A stretch of 52,285 bases of DNA from Betaproteobacteria bacterium (GTDB taxonomy: Bacteria; Pseudomonadota; Gammaproteobacteria; Burkholderiales; SG8-39), in the NCBI GenBank assembly GCA_009693335.1, contig SHXK01000003.1, positions 1-52,285 on the forward strand, written 5' to 3'. Of this stretch, positions 1-10,949 are shown piece by piece; position 1 is the stretch's first letter, and each line of letters opens with the position of its first letter. A program made the translations under genes and the position numbers. The notes below the pieces were generated by a model. The model ran no database searches. It saw nothing but the letters and a program-made list of their open reading frames with translations, and was not told the DNA's origin.

Positions 1-171
<171 letters not shown>

Positions 172-209
172 CGCACGAGTGCGTTCCACCATAAGGCGCG
201 CTCAGCCCA

Positions 210-1775
210 TCAGGGTGCGTTAGCCAGTTCGAGAGTGCGCAGAAAGCGCTCGGCGTTCTGATAGCCGATGACGCGCAGCCCCTTGATCTCGCGGCCCTGG
301 GCGTCGAAGAAAACGATCCCCGGCGGTCCGAACAAGGAAAAATACTTGAGCAGCGCTTTGTGTTCTTCAGTGTTCGCGGTGACATCTGCCTGCAGCAAGA
401 GCTTCGCTTCCAGCTTAGTCTTGACGCGGACATCGCTGAAAGTGAGCGCTTCCATCTCCTTGCAGGACACACACCAGTCGGCATAGAAATCGAGCATCAC
501 TGTCTTGCCGGGGGATTTCAGTTTCGCTTCGAGCTCGGCGATCGAATCGATACGAACGAAATCGGTATTGCCGCCCGAAGGCCGCAGCACCGGCCAGACG
601 ATCCACAACGCGACCGCAAGCAGTAGCACGCCGAAGATTTGTTTCACCCGGGCCATCCAGGGTCCCGACTTCGGCAACAGCGCGCCTTCCGAGACGCCGA
701 CCACGAGCAGCGGCACGCCCATGCCGAGCGCCATCGTGAACAGCGCCGCGCCGCCGAGCGCGACATCTCTCGTCTGGCTGATGTAGAGCAGCGCGCCGGC
801 GAGCGGCGCCGCGACGCAGGGGCTGACGATGATCGCCGAGAGCACCCCCATGCCGGCGACCGAGGCAAGCTTGCCGCCGGCGAGTCGATGGCTTGCCAAG
901 GACAACGGTTGGCGCAGGAAGCCGGGTAGCTGGAGCTCATAGAAACCGAACATCGATAAGGCCAGCACGACGAAGATCAGCGCGAAAGCGCCTAATACCC
1001 AGGCATTCTGCAGCGCTGCCGCCAGCATGGTTCCGGACCAAGCGGCTGCGACGCCCGCCAAGGCATAGGCCACCGCCATGCCAAGCACATAGGCGAGCGA
1101 CAGCAGGAAAGCGCGCAGTTTGCTGAGGTCTTTGCCCTCGCCCGCGATGATTCCCGAGAGGATGGGGATCATCGGCAACACGCAAGGCGTGAAAGCAAGC
1201 AACAAGCCGAAGCCGAGAAAGCTCGCCAGCACCAACAAAGGGCTGCCCGAGTTGAACAGCTGCGCGATTTCGAAGTCGCTCGATTGCGTCGAAAGTTCCG
1301 GCGTAGAGCCAGCCCCTGCGCCGGTCCGTGCATTTGGCGGCATGGAGAACGCCGCCAACTGGAGCGTGGCCTTGCTGTCCATCGGGACGTAGCACACCCC
1401 GACATCCGCGCAGCCCTGCGAGGTGACGGTGAGGCGGAGCGTCTTATCGCTCCCTGCCAACTCCAGCACCGGCACGCGGATCACGACCTGCTTGCGATAG
1501 GTCTCGACTTCGCCGAAGAACTCGTCTTTCTTGCGCGTGCCGGGTGGCAACTCCGGCACGCCGAGCTTGCCGTTGGCGCCGGGATCCACGGCAAAACGAA
1601 ACCGTTCCCGGTACATGTAGTAGCCCTCGGCGATGGCGAAGCTCACTTCCACGGTATCCGCGTCGAGCGCGCGCGCCGACATGCGAAACGCCTTCTCGGG
1701 TTCGAGCAGATCGTCGGGATTGGCCGCGTTTGCCGTTCCGAGAAAACAAAATATGAGAAGCAAAATTCTAATCAT
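210..1775 (-). CDS. dsbD: thiol:disulfide interchange protein DsbD (521 aa)
   Basis: Signal peptide MIRILLLIFCFLGTANA. N-terminal domain with CADVGVCY, membrane core with CVLPM and SPCV cysteines, and C-terminal thioredoxin domain WCVSCKEME. The ATG at 1775 overlaps the cutA stop (ATGA). Confidence 0.9.
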   Translation of the reverse strand: MIRILLLIFCFLGTANAANPDDLLEPEKAFRMSARALDADTVEVSFAIAEGYYMYRERFRFAVDPGANGKLGVPELPPGTRKKDEFFGEVETYRKQVVIRVPVLELAGSDKTLRLTVTSQGCADVGVCYVPMDSKATLQLAAFSMPPNARTGAGAGSTPELSTQSSDFEIAQLFNSGSPLLVLASFLGFGLLLAFTPCVLPMIPILSGIIAGEGKDLSKLRAFLLSLAYVLGMAVAYALAGVAAAWSGTMLAAALQNAWVLGAFALIFVVLALSMFGFYELQLPGFLRQPLSLASHRLAGGKLASVAGMGVLSAIIVSPCVAAPLAGALLYISQTRDVALGGAALFTMALGMGVPLLVVGVSEGALLPKSGPWMARVKQIFGVLLLAVALWIVWPVLRPSGGNTDFVRIDSIAELEAKLKSPGKTVMLDFYADWCVSCKEMEALTFSDVRVKTKLEAKLLLQADVTANTEEHKALLKYFSLFGPPGIVFFDAQGREIKGLRVIGYQNAERFLRTLELANAP

Positions 1776-2095
1776 GTTGGGGGGGTCAGTTCACTCGCAA
1801 CCCAGTCCAGATAAGCGGGCAGTCCGCGCTCGATTGGGACCGCGATGATCTCGGGTAGTTCATAAGGATGGCCGGCGCGAATCGCCGCTTCGAGGGCCGG
1901 ATAGGCCTCAAGCGTAGTCTTGATCAGCAATGGATGTTCTTCCTCGTGCTGGACCGCTCCCTGCCACCGGTACACCGAGCGGCATGGCGCCAGGATATTC
2001 ACGCAAGCGGCGAGGCGCTGCTCTATCAGCGCATCGGCGAGCCGCTCCGCGGCCGCGTGGTCAGGCAGGTTGGTCAATACCAGCAGGGCGCTCAT
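1772..2095 (-). CDS. cutA: divalent-cation tolerance protein CutA (107 aa)
   Basis: Size and sequence (LAACVNILAP..SVYRWQG...EEHPLLIKT) are typical of CutA1. It is coupled to dsbD as in the classical cutA-dsbD operon. Confidence 0.85.
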   Translation of the reverse strand: MSALLVLTNLPDHAAAERLADALIEQRLAACVNILAPCRSVYRWQGAVQHEEEHPLLIKTTLEAYPALEAAIRAGHPYELPEIIAVPIERGLPAYLDWVASELTPPT

Positions 2096-2921
2096 GTTTC
2101 AGGCTTTGCAGTTCCAGACCCTGGCGAACCGTCGGGTAACACAAGCGGATGCCAAGGATCCGCTTGAGGCGGGTGTTGTCCAGCCGCCGCGATTCGTTCA
2201 TGAAAGACAACAGTCCCGGCGGCAAGCGCTCGGCCGCCTCGCTCCTGGCGATGCGCGGCGGGCGCGGCAACCCGGCCCGGTCAGCGAGCAAATCGAACCA
2301 CTCGCCCATTTTGAGCTGCGTGTCGTCCGCAGCGTTGTATACGCCTGCCGGCGCATCGTCTTCCAGTGCGCGCGCACAGATGCCCGCAAGATCCTCGGCG
2401 TGAATGTGGCTTGTATAAACATCATCCTGGTCGCGCAAAGTCGGCGTGCCCGCGCGCAAGCGCTCCAGCGGCAACCGGTCCGCTGCATAGATACCCGGCG
2501 CGCGCAGCACAACTAGCGCGACACGATGCCGAGTGCACCATCGTGCCAGCTGCTGCTCCGCATCGACACGTCGCTGCGCACGCTGGCTTTGCGGATTCAC
2601 GGCGCGCGCCTCATCCACCAGCGCCCCGCCGCAATCGCCGTATACACCGCTGGTACTGATGTAGACCAAGCGGCTTGGTAGAATGCGCCTGCTTTCGAAC
2701 GCTTTAAGAAGATTTGCGGTGCGGCTGTCGCTCTCTCCAGTCTGCTGCGGCGGCGCGCAATGCAGTACCGCATCGGCGAGCTGGAGCGCGGCGAGTGTCT
2801 CGGGCCGGTCGAGGTTCATCCCGTTCGAGCGCGAAAGTACGCGGACTTCGAAGTGTGATCCAAGCGCCGGCATGGCGCGGCGCGCGATGTCGCCGTAACC
2901 GGCGATCAACAGAGATTTCAT
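2061..2921 (-). CDS. NAD-dependent epimerase/dehydratase-type (atypical SDR) protein
   Basis: The track ORF 2061-3344 is trimmed to MKSLLIAGYGDIARR (ATG at 2921, GAGG 5 nt upstream; an alternative ATG lies at 2930). It shows a Rossmann-like N-terminus, YISTSGVYG and HIHAEDLA motifs. The discarded N-terminal 141 codons are antisense to the neighbouring reductase gene. Confidence 0.7.
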   Translation of the reverse strand: MKSLLIAGYGDIARRAMPALGSHFEVRVLSRSNGMNLDRPETLAALQLADAVLHCAPPQQTGESDSRTANLLKAFESRRILPSRLVYISTSGVYGDCGGALVDEARAVNPQSQRAQRRVDAEQQLARWCTRHRVALVVLRAPGIYAADRLPLERLRAGTPTLRDQDDVYTSHIHAEDLAGICARALEDDAPAGVYNAADDTQLKMGEWFDLLADRAGLPRPPRIARSEAAERLPPGLLSFMNESRRLDNTRLKRILGIRLCYPTVRQGLELQSLKHERPAGIDQPA

Positions 2922-2939
2922 CGGCCTCATTGTAACGAC

Positions 2940-3964
2940 ATGCACACAGTCACTTTGCAACCCAGCGGTCAGCAGTTCCAGGTTGAGGACGGCGAAGCCG
3001 TGCTCGCCGCGGCGCTGCGCCAGGGCTTGGTTCTGCCCTACGGCTGCAAAAACGGCGCCTGCGGCAGTTGTAAAGGCAAGATCGTCTCCGGCACTGTCGA
3101 CTACGGCGTCTATCAGCAAAAAGCGCTCCCTGACGAAGAAAAAGCCCAAGGCAAGGCGCTCTTCTGCCAAGCCAAGCCGCTCAGCGATCTGGTGCTGGAG
3201 GCGCGCACCATCGGCGCGGTAAATGGCCTCCAGGTGAAGAAGCTGCCGTGCCGGATCCAGAAGCTGGAGCGGCTCACTGACGACGTAATGCTGCTGCACC
3301 TGAAGCTGCCGGCAAACGAGAAGTTCGTGTTCCTTGCTGGGCAATTCATCGAGTTCCTGCTAAAGGACGGCGGCCGGCGCAGCTTTTCGATGGCCAATCC
3401 GCCGCACGACACCGAGCTGATCCAGCTGCATGTGCGGCACGTTGCGGGCGGCCAGTTCACCGATCACGTCTTCAACAAAATGAAGGAGCGCGACATCCTG
3501 CGCTGCGAAGGTCCGCTCGGCACCTTCTTCCTACGCGAGGAATCGGCCAAACCGGTGGTGTTCGTCGCCTCGGGCACCGGCTTCGCGCCGATCAAAGCAG
3601 TGATCGAGCACATGTTGCACCAAGGGATTGCGCGTCCGATGACGCTCTACTGGGGCGGCCGGCGACCGAAGGACCTATACCTGCACGCGCTCGCCGAACA
3701 ATGGGCCACCGAACATCCCGGGGTCATCAACTACGTCCCGGTGATCTCCGATGGCCTGCCCGAGGACCACTGGAACGGGCGTAGCGGCTTGGTGCACCAT
3801 GCGGTGATGGAGGATTTCCCGGACCTCTCCAGCCACCAGGTCTACGCCTGCGGCGTACCGATCATGGTGGATTCGGCAAAGCGCGATTTCATCGCCCTAT
3901 GCAAGCTGCCGGAAGACGAGTTCTACGCCGACAGCTTCACCACCCAGGCAGATCTCGCACCGCC

Positions 3965-3986
<22 letters not shown>
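2940..3986 (+). CDS. 2Fe-2S ferredoxin / FAD-NAD(P)-binding oxidoreductase (FNR family, CDP-6-deoxy-delta-3,4-glucoseen reductase-like)
   Basis: N-terminal plant-type ferredoxin motif CKNGACGSCKGK...C, FAD motif RRSFSMAN, and NAD(P) motif VFVASGTGFAPI. Confidence 0.8.
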
Positions 3987-4664
<678 letters not shown>

Positions 4665-4675
<11 letters not shown>

Positions 4676-5435
4676 TGGCAACCCCAAGGTAGGCTTCGAT
4701 GACCCGCGGATCGCGCTGCACAGCAGCGGGCGGGCCTTCAGCGATCTTCTCGCCGTAATCCAGCACCAGCACCCGGTCGCAGACATTCATCACCAGACGC
4801 ATGTCGTGCTCGATGAGCAGTATCGTGGTCCCGTCCTGGCGGATATCCTGCAGCAGCTTGCGAAGCGACAGGGTTTCGGCAGCATTCATCCCCGCCGCTG
4901 GCTCGTCCAGCGCGAGCAATGTGGGTTCGGTGGCGAGCGCCCGCGCGATTTCCAGGCGCCGCTGGTCGCCGTAAGGCAGGTTGCCAGCCGCGTCGTTGGC
5001 GCGCGCGCGGATGCCGACATAGTCGAGCAGCTCCAGCGCGCGCTTTTCGATCGCGCGCTCCTCGTCGAGCGTGCGCCTGGTCCTCAGAATCGCAGCAAGC
5101 ACACCGGCGCGTGTGCGCACGTGCCGGCCTATCATCACGTTCTCCAACGCGGACAGACTGGCGAAGAGACGGATGTTCTGGAAGGTGCGCGCAATGCCCG
5201 CCTTGGCGATCCGATCGGGTTTCAAACCGGTGATGTTTTTTTTATCCAGTATAAAAAACCCATCATCCGGGGAGTAAATCCCGGTCAGCAGGTTGAATAG
5301 CGTCGTTTTGCCCGCCCCGTTGGGGCCGATCAAGCCATAGATCTCGCCTCTCGAAACGGCGAACGACACACCCGAGAGTGCCTGCACGCCGCCGAAACGC
5401 TTGCCGAGGCTGCTCCCTTCGAGGAGCAGCGTCAC
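4665..5435 (-). CDS. livG: branched-chain amino-acid ABC transporter ATP-binding protein LivG/BraF
   Basis: GPNGAGKTT Walker A, LPYGDQRRLEIARAL, and IEAYLG C-terminus. The GTG start at 5435 overlaps the livM stop (GTGA). Confidence 0.9.
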
Positions 5436-6493
5436 GGCGCACGCTCTTGCGTCAGCTCGCGCTTGCGCACAGCGGAAGGCAGCAGACCAGCGGGGCGAAA
5501 CAGCATCACCAGCACCAGGGCGAGACCGAAGATCAGCATGCGGATCACCTCCGGCTCGATGAGCATCTTGCCGAACAGCGCTTGCTGCGCCGGCTCGACC
5601 GTCCAGCGCAGAATCTCGGGCACAAAAGCCAGCAGCACCGCGCCGAGGATCACACCCGCGATGTTACCCATGCCGCCCAGCACCACCATCGAGACCACCA
5701 TCACCGATTCAACCAGCACGAAACTTTCCGGCGAGATGAAACCCTGAATCGCAGCGAACATGCCGCCGGCGACGCCGCCGAAGGAAGCGCCCATGGCGAA
5801 GGCCAGCAGCTTCATGCCGGTGGTGTCGATCCCCATGGCGCGCGCCGCGATCTCGTCTTCGCGGATCGCCTCCCAAGCGCGTCCAATGCGCGAGTTCTGC
5901 AGCCGCACATTGATCAGGATGATGACCAGCATCAGCCCCAGCAGCAGGTAGTAGTACTTCATCGGCCCGCTCAGCACCACGCCCAGCACGCTGTCACTGC
6001 GGGAGAAATCGATCCCGCCGATACGCACCGGATCGATGCCGGTGATGCCTTGCGGGCCGCGCGTGATATTCACCGGCTGCGACAGATTATTCAGAAAGAT
6101 GCGCACTATTTCGCCGAAGCCAAGGGTGACGATGGCGAGATAGTCACCGCGCAGCTTGAGCGTGGGCGCCCCCAGCATGACGCCGAACAACGCGGCCACT
6201 GCGGCGCCGATCGGCAGGATCACCCAGAACGGTAGGTGCAGGCCGAAATGGGGACTGGCGAGCAGAGCGTAGACATAGGCGCCGACGGCATAGAAGGCGA
6301 CGTAACCCAGGTCCAGCAGACCGGCGAAACCAACCACGATGTTGAGCCCCAGCGCGAGCAGCACGTAGAGCAGTGCGATATTGGCGATCCGCACCCAGGC
6401 CGTACCGGCCTGGGAGAGCGCAAAGGGCAGCAGCAGCAGCGTGAGCGCAATCAGGGCGACGCCGGCCCAGAGGGCGCGCCGGTTCTTTTTCAT
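5432..6493 (-). CDS. livM: branched-chain amino-acid ABC transporter permease LivM/BraE
   Basis: The track ORF 5432-7234 is trimmed to MKKNRRALWAGVALIAL... (ATG at 6493, ATGA overlap with the livH stop). It is a polytopic membrane protein with the LGLNIVVGFAGLLDLGY motif. Confidence 0.85.
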   Translation of the reverse strand: MKKNRRALWAGVALIALTLLLLPFALSQAGTAWVRIANIALLYVLLALGLNIVVGFAGLLDLGYVAFYAVGAYVYALLASPHFGLHLPFWVILPIGAAVAALFGVMLGAPTLKLRGDYLAIVTLGFGEIVRIFLNNLSQPVNITRGPQGITGIDPVRIGGIDFSRSDSVLGVVLSGPMKYYYLLLGLMLVIILINVRLQNSRIGRAWEAIREDEIAARAMGIDTTGMKLLAFAMGASFGGVAGGMFAAIQGFISPESFVLVESVMVVSMVVLGGMGNIAGVILGAVLLAFVPEILRWTVEPAQQALFGKMLIEPEVIRMLIFGLALVLVMLFRPAGLLPSAVRKRELTQERAP

Positions 6494-7467
6494 GCCCGGT
6501 CGCCCACACGCTCGCCCAGCAGGCCAGAGGGTCGGAACACCAGCACCAGGATCAGCACCACGAAAGCGAACACGTCCTGGTAGTTGGAACCAAACAGCAC
6601 AAAATGCCCGCCGTCGGCACAACTGGCGGCGGGACCCAAACCGTAGCGGCACAGGTCGGTCAGGTCGCCGATATAGCCCGCGCCTAGCGCCTCCACCACC
6701 CCCAGCAACAGCCCGCCCACCATCGCCCCGGGAATGTTGCCTATGCCGCCTAGGACGGCCGCAGCGAACGCCTTCAAGCCCAGCACCGAGCCCATGGTGT
6801 ACTGCGCGACGCCATAGTAAGTGCCTACCATCACTCCCGCGACCGCACCCAGTCCAGCACCGATGATGAAAGTGGCGGCAATGACCCGATTTACGTCTAC
6901 GCCCATCAAGCGCGCCACCTGCGGGTTCTGCGCAGTGGCGCGCATCGCCGTTCCCAACCGGGTACGGTAAACGAGCAGTGCGAGGCCCGCCATCATCGCC
7001 AAGCACAGGCCGAGGATGGTGATCTGCACCCCTGTGATAGTGGCGCCGAGGAAGGTATAGGTGGTGAGCGGGATGATCTGCGGAAAGGCAAGCACATTGC
7101 GGCTCCAGACCAGCATCGCCAGGTGCTGCAGGATGATGGAGACGCCGATCGCGGTAATCAGGGGGGCGAGGCGCGGGGCGAGGCGCAGCGGCCGATAGGC
7201 CATCCGCTCCATCGCGTAGCCCACCAGCATGCACACCGGGATCGCGCAGCCAGCGCCGATCAGCACCACCGCGAGCGGCGGCAGGCCTGCGGCGGCGAGC
7301 GCGTTGATGATGGTGAAAGAGACCATGGCACCGATCATCACCACTTCCCCATGCGCAAAGTTGATCAGCTGGATGATGCCGTAGACCATCGTGTAGCCCA
7401 GTGCCACGATGGCGTACACCGCCCCAAGCGTCAGGCCATTAATGATTTGCTGGACAAAGATGTCCAT
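6490..7467 (-). CDS. livH: branched-chain amino-acid ABC transporter permease LivH/BraD
   Basis: MDIFVQQIINGLTLGAVYAIVALGYTMVYG is a canonical LivH N-terminus. A GGGAGGAGGGG Shine-Dalgarno lies upstream. Confidence 0.9.
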   Translation of the reverse strand: MDIFVQQIINGLTLGAVYAIVALGYTMVYGIIQLINFAHGEVVMIGAMVSFTIINALAAAGLPPLAVVLIGAGCAIPVCMLVGYAMERMAYRPLRLAPRLAPLITAIGVSIILQHLAMLVWSRNVLAFPQIIPLTTYTFLGATITGVQITILGLCLAMMAGLALLVYRTRLGTAMRATAQNPQVARLMGVDVNRVIAATFIIGAGLGAVAGVMVGTYYGVAQYTMGSVLGLKAFAAAVLGGIGNIPGAMVGGLLLGVVEALGAGYIGDLTDLCRYGLGPAASCADGGHFVLFGSNYQDVFAFVVLILVLVFRPSGLLGERVGDRA

Positions 7468-7498
7468 TCCTGCGGCCCCTCCTCCCTTGCAGGAGCGT

Positions 7499-7527
7499 AA
7501 ACGAAAACGGCGCCCGAAGGCGCCGTT
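7499..7527 (-). terminator. hairpin plus T-tract between the binding-protein gene and livH (intra-operon attenuator or partial terminator)
   Basis: Minus strand reads AACGGCGCC-TTCG-GGCGCCGTT (9-bp stem, 7506-7527) followed by TTCGTTT. Confidence 0.5.
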
Positions 7528-7548
7528 CCCTTGCTTCTGTAATCAACG

Positions 7549-8793
7549 TTACTTCTTCGCCGGCTCCGCGGCAGAAGCAGGTGCCGCAGCAGGGGCAGGC
7601 GCTGCGACCGGCGCCGCCATCTTCATGAACTCGGCGTAATCGGTCGTCTTGCCGCTCTTGATGATGGCAATCGGCGTGAGCTTGGCGTCCTTCATGGTGA
7701 AGATTGTCATCTCGGCGTCCTTGCGGTCGCCCTTGTCGTCAAAGGCAATCTGGCCGGTGGCACCCTTATAGTTACTCTTGGCCAACTCGGGCAGGTACTT
7801 TACCGGATCGGCAGAGTTGGCCTTTTTCATCGCCTCGATCAACAGGTTCGCCCCATCGTAAGTGAAGGGCGAGTAAAGGATTGGGTCGACGTTGAATTTC
7901 TTCTTGTAGGCGTCAAGAAATTTCTTGTCCGCCGCCTGCGGCGGCAAGCCGGCCTGCGAACACAGCAGCCCATCGGCCGCCGCGCCGGCAAGTTTGGTCA
8001 TGTCGTTGGTACAGGCACCGTCGCCAAACGAGAACACCGCTGTGAGACCCAGCTCGCGCCCCTGCTTGAGCAGCGGTCCGCCGGTCGCGTCCATACCGCC
8101 GTAGAACACGGCGTCGGCTTTCTTGCCCTTGACCTTGGTCAGGATCGCTTTCCAGTCAGTGGTTTTGTCGGTGCCCTTCTCGCGCGGCAACAACTTGATA
8201 TTGGCCGCCTTGAGCGTTTTCTCGACCTCGTTGGCGATCCCCTCGCCGTAAGCGGTGGCGTCATCAATCACCGCCACCAGTTTCGGTTTTTTCGTGTCCG
8301 CCAGATAGCTGGCGATCGCCGGACCCTGCTGGTCATCGCGCCCGACGGTGCGGAACACCACCTTGAAGCCCTGCTCGGTCAGCTTGGGATTGGTGGCCGA
8401 ACCGGTAATTACCGGCAGGCCGGCCTGGTTGTAGATCGCGGAGGCGGGAATCGTGGTGCCGGAATTCAGATGGCCAACGATGCCGGCCACTTTGGCGTCG
8501 ACCAGCTTCTGCGCCACAGTGGTGCCAACCTTGGGATCGGCCTGATCGTCCTCTGCCACCAGCGTGAACTTCGCCTCTTTGCCATCGATCTTAATTTTTG
8601 CCGCGTTGGCTTCTTCGATGGCCAGCCTTGCGCCGTTTTCGTTGTCCTTGCCCAAATGGGCGATGCCGCCGGTCAGCGGGCCGACATGGCCGATCTTGAT
8701 TTCGATCGAAGGCGCCGGTTTCTTTTCTTCGCCGCAACCAATCAGGCCGATCGCAACAGCAAGCAGGGTCAATGCAAGTTTCGAGTTTTTCAT
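7549..8793 (-). CDS. branched-chain amino-acid ABC transporter substrate-binding lipoprotein (LivJ/BraC family)
   Basis: Trimmed to MKNSKLALTLLAVAIGLIGCGEE (ATG 8793, GGAGGA SD, lipobox LIGC). Type I periplasmic binding fold motifs (IKIGHVGPLTGG, VVGHLNSG). Ala/Pro-rich C-terminal tail. Confidence 0.85.
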   Translation of the reverse strand: MKNSKLALTLLAVAIGLIGCGEEKKPAPSIEIKIGHVGPLTGGIAHLGKDNENGARLAIEEANAAKIKIDGKEAKFTLVAEDDQADPKVGTTVAQKLVDAKVAGIVGHLNSGTTIPASAIYNQAGLPVITGSATNPKLTEQGFKVVFRTVGRDDQQGPAIASYLADTKKPKLVAVIDDATAYGEGIANEVEKTLKAANIKLLPREKGTDKTTDWKAILTKVKGKKADAVFYGGMDATGGPLLKQGRELGLTAVFSFGDGACTNDMTKLAGAAADGLLCSQAGLPPQAADKKFLDAYKKKFNVDPILYSPFTYDGANLLIEAMKKANSADPVKYLPELAKSNYKGATGQIAFDDKGDRKDAEMTIFTMKDAKLTPIAIIKSGKTTDYAEFMKMAAPVAAPAPAAAPASAAEPAKK

Positions 8794-8832
8794 GGTTCCT
8801 CCCGGGAAGCGCAAATGATATCGTTATCACAG

Positions 8833-8860
8833 AAAATTAAAAGGGCCGGTCGGCCGGCCC
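8833..8860 (-). terminator. rho-independent terminator downstream of the cytochrome c gene
   Basis: GGGCCGG-CCGA-CCGGCCC hairpin (8843-8860), followed on the minus strand by TTTTAATTTT. Confidence 0.6.
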
Positions 8861-8884
8861 TTCTGGGCGACAGCTTGCTCCAGC

Positions 8885-9196
8885 TTACTTGACCGACAGG
8901 ACCCATTTCAGCAAGGCCTTGAGATCGGCGTCGGGCACCGTGGCGTTGGGCGGCATCGGGATCTGGCCCCAGACCCCCTGCCCGCCCTTTTTCACCTTGT
9001 CGGCGAGTTTGGCCTCCGCGTCTTTCTGGCCGGCATATTTTTTGGCCACCTCCACATAAGCAGGGCCTATGGTCTTCGCGCCCTTGGTGACGTGGCAGGT
9101 GGTGCACAGGTATTTCTTGGCAAGCTCTTCACTCGCTTGCACTGGCAGCGCTGCGGCCAAGGCCAGTGTGGCGGCAGAAAAAATCAGTGTTTTCAT
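8885..9196 (-). CDS. class I c-type cytochrome, cytochrome c551/c8 family (103 aa)
   Basis: Signal peptide, CTTCH haem motif, and GPAY..VA.KYAGQ...[14 protein letters not shown]...KWVLS, closely resembling Pseudomonas cytochrome c551. Confidence 0.85.
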   Translation of the reverse strand: MKTLIFSAATLALAAALPVQASEELAKKYLCTTCHVTKGAKTIGPAYVEVAKKYAGQKDAEAKLADKVKKGGQGVWGQIPMPPNATVPDADLKALLKWVLSVK

Positions 9197-9266
9197 GGGC
9201 TTCCTTTGTCGAAAGAATGTGCGGATGCTACCTCAGTCGAGCTTCTTTGCTGCGGCACGCCGGTCC

Positions 9267-10949
9267 TCAGCTTTCTGCGTCGGTGATGGCCCCTTTGCTG
9301 GCGGTGGACACGAGCCGTGTGTATTTCGCCAGCAGTCCCTTGGTGTAGCGCGGCTTGGGCGCTTGCCACTTCTTCCTTCGCGCGGCGAGCTCTTTGGCCG
9401 GCACGTTCAACTGGAGCAAAAGCTTCTTCGCGTCGATGGTGATCGAGTCGCCCTCTTTCACCAACGCGATGACGCCGCCCACATAAGCCTCGGGCGCGAC
9501 GTGCCCCACCACCATGCCCCAGGTGCCGCCGGAGAAGCGCCCGTCGGTGAGCAAGCCCACCGATTCGCCGAGTCCCTGCCCGACCAGCGCGGAGGTGGGC
9601 GCGAGCATTTCCTGCATCCCGGGCCCCCCCTTGGGACCTTCGTAGCGGATCACCACCACGTCCCCGGGTTTGATTTTCCTGGCCATGATCGCCTGCATGC
9701 ACTGGGGCTCGGAATCGAACACGCGTGCCGGGCCGGTGATCACCGGATTCTTCAAGCCGGTGATCTTGGCCACGCAACCCTCCGGCGCCAGATTGCCTTT
9801 CAGGATCGCCAGATGGCCCTGTTTGTAGAGCGGCTTCGACCAGGGCCGGATCACGTCCTGGTCGCGTCGTGGCTCGGCGGGCACGTCTTTCAGCATCTCG
9901 GCCATGGTCTTGCCGTGGATCGTCATGCACTCGCCGTGCAGCCTGCCGTTGACGAGCAGGATCTTCAGCACCTGCGGCACACCGCCCGCGCGATGGAAAT
10001 CTACCGCAACGTATTGTCCGGAGGGTTTGAGGTTGCACAGCACTGGTACCTTGCGGCGTACGCGCTCGAAGTCATCGATGCTCCACTTCACACCAGCCGC
10101 CGAAGCGATCGCCAGATAGTGCAGCACCGCGTTGGTAGAACCTCCCGTCGCCATTACCAGCGCGATCGCGTTCTCGATCGACTTGCGGGTGATGATGTCG
10201 CGCGGCCTGAGATTGCTACGGATCGCCGCCACCAGGACCTTGGCAGATGCAGCCGCGGAGTCCGCTTTCTCCGCGTCGGGCGCCGCCATCTGCGAAGAGC
10301 CCAGCAGGCTCATGCCCAGCGCCTCGAACGAAGACGACATGGTGTTGGCCGTGAACATGCCACCGCAGGCACCGACCGAGGGGCAGGCGTTCTTCTCAAT
10401 ACCGATGAAATCCTCCTGGCTCATGGTGCCTGCGCTAAAAGCCCCCACCGCCTCGAACGCCGAGACGATGGTGAGATCAACGCCCTTCCATTTGCCCGGC
10501 TTGATGGTGCCGCCGTAGACGTAAATGCCCGGCACGTTCATGCGCGCCAGCGCCATCATGCCGCCGGGCATGTTCTTGTCGCAGCCGCCCACCACCAGCG
10601 CGCCGTCCATCGCCTGGCCATTGACCGAGGTCTCGATCGCGTCGGCGATCACTTCGCGCGACACCAGCGAATATTTCATGGCTTCGGTGCCCATGCCGAT
10701 GCCGTCGGTGATGGTCGGCACGCCGAACACCTGCGGCTTGGCGCCTGCCGCCTCCAGCGCCGCCAGCGCGCGGTCCACCAACGGCTGGATGCCGGCGTTG
10801 CACGGGTTCATGGTCGAGTGCCCGTTGGCCACGCCGACGATTGGTTTCTCGAAGTCCCCATCCCCGAAGCCGACCGCGCGCAGCATGGCGCGGTTCGGGG
10901 AGCGGGCCGGGCCGTGCGTGATGAGACGACTTCTGCGGTTATCAGCCAC
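9267..10949 (-). CDS. ilvD: dihydroxy-acid dehydratase
   Basis: [30 protein letters not shown] and TDGRFSGG motifs. GTG start at 10949 with GGAGG 7 nt upstream. Confidence 0.95.
   Translation of the reverse strand: MADNRRSRLITHGPARSPNRAMLRAVGFGDGDFEKPIVGVANGHSTMNPCNAGIQPLVDRALAALEAAGAKPQVFGVPTITDGIGMGTEAMKYSLVSREVIADAIETSVNGQAMDGALVVGGCDKNMPGGMMALARMNVPGIYVYGGTIKPGKWKGVDLTIVSAFEAVGAFSAGTMSQEDFIGIEKNACPSVGACGGMFTANTMSSSFEALGMSLLGSSQMAAPDAEKADSAAASAKVLVAAIRSNLRPRDIITRKSIENAIALVMATGGSTNAVLHYLAIASAAGVKWSIDDFERVRRKVPVLCNLKPSGQYVAVDFHRAGGVPQVLKILLVNGRLHGECMTIHGKTMAEMLKDVPAEPRRDQDVIRPWSKPLYKQGHLAILKGNLAPEGCVAKITGLKNPVITGPARVFDSEPQCMQAIMARKIKPGDVVVIRYEGPKGGPGMQEMLAPTSALVGQGLGESVGLLTDGRFSGGTWGMVVGHVAPEAYVGGVIALVKEGDSITIDAKKLLLQLNVPAKELAARRKKWQAPKPRYTKGLLAKYTRLVSTASKGAITDAES

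Noticed and set aside
2922-3344. N-terminal 141 codons of the 427-aa minus-strand ORF (2061-3344)
   Set aside because: It is antisense to the well-supported ferredoxin-reductase gene. The SDR Rossmann N-terminus begins at MKSLLIAG, which has its own SD.
5378-6235. 285-aa His/Asp/Gln-rich plus-strand ORF that could be mistaken for a metal-binding protein
   Set aside because: It is antisense to livM and livG. The His richness comes from reading the hydrophobic membrane-protein codons (GTG/ATG-rich) in reverse.
6494-7234. N-terminal extension of the 600-aa minus-strand ORF (5432-7234)
   Set aside because: It overlaps livH out of frame and is Arg/Gly/Pro-rich. The true LivM begins at MKKNRRALW (6493) with an ATGA junction to livH.
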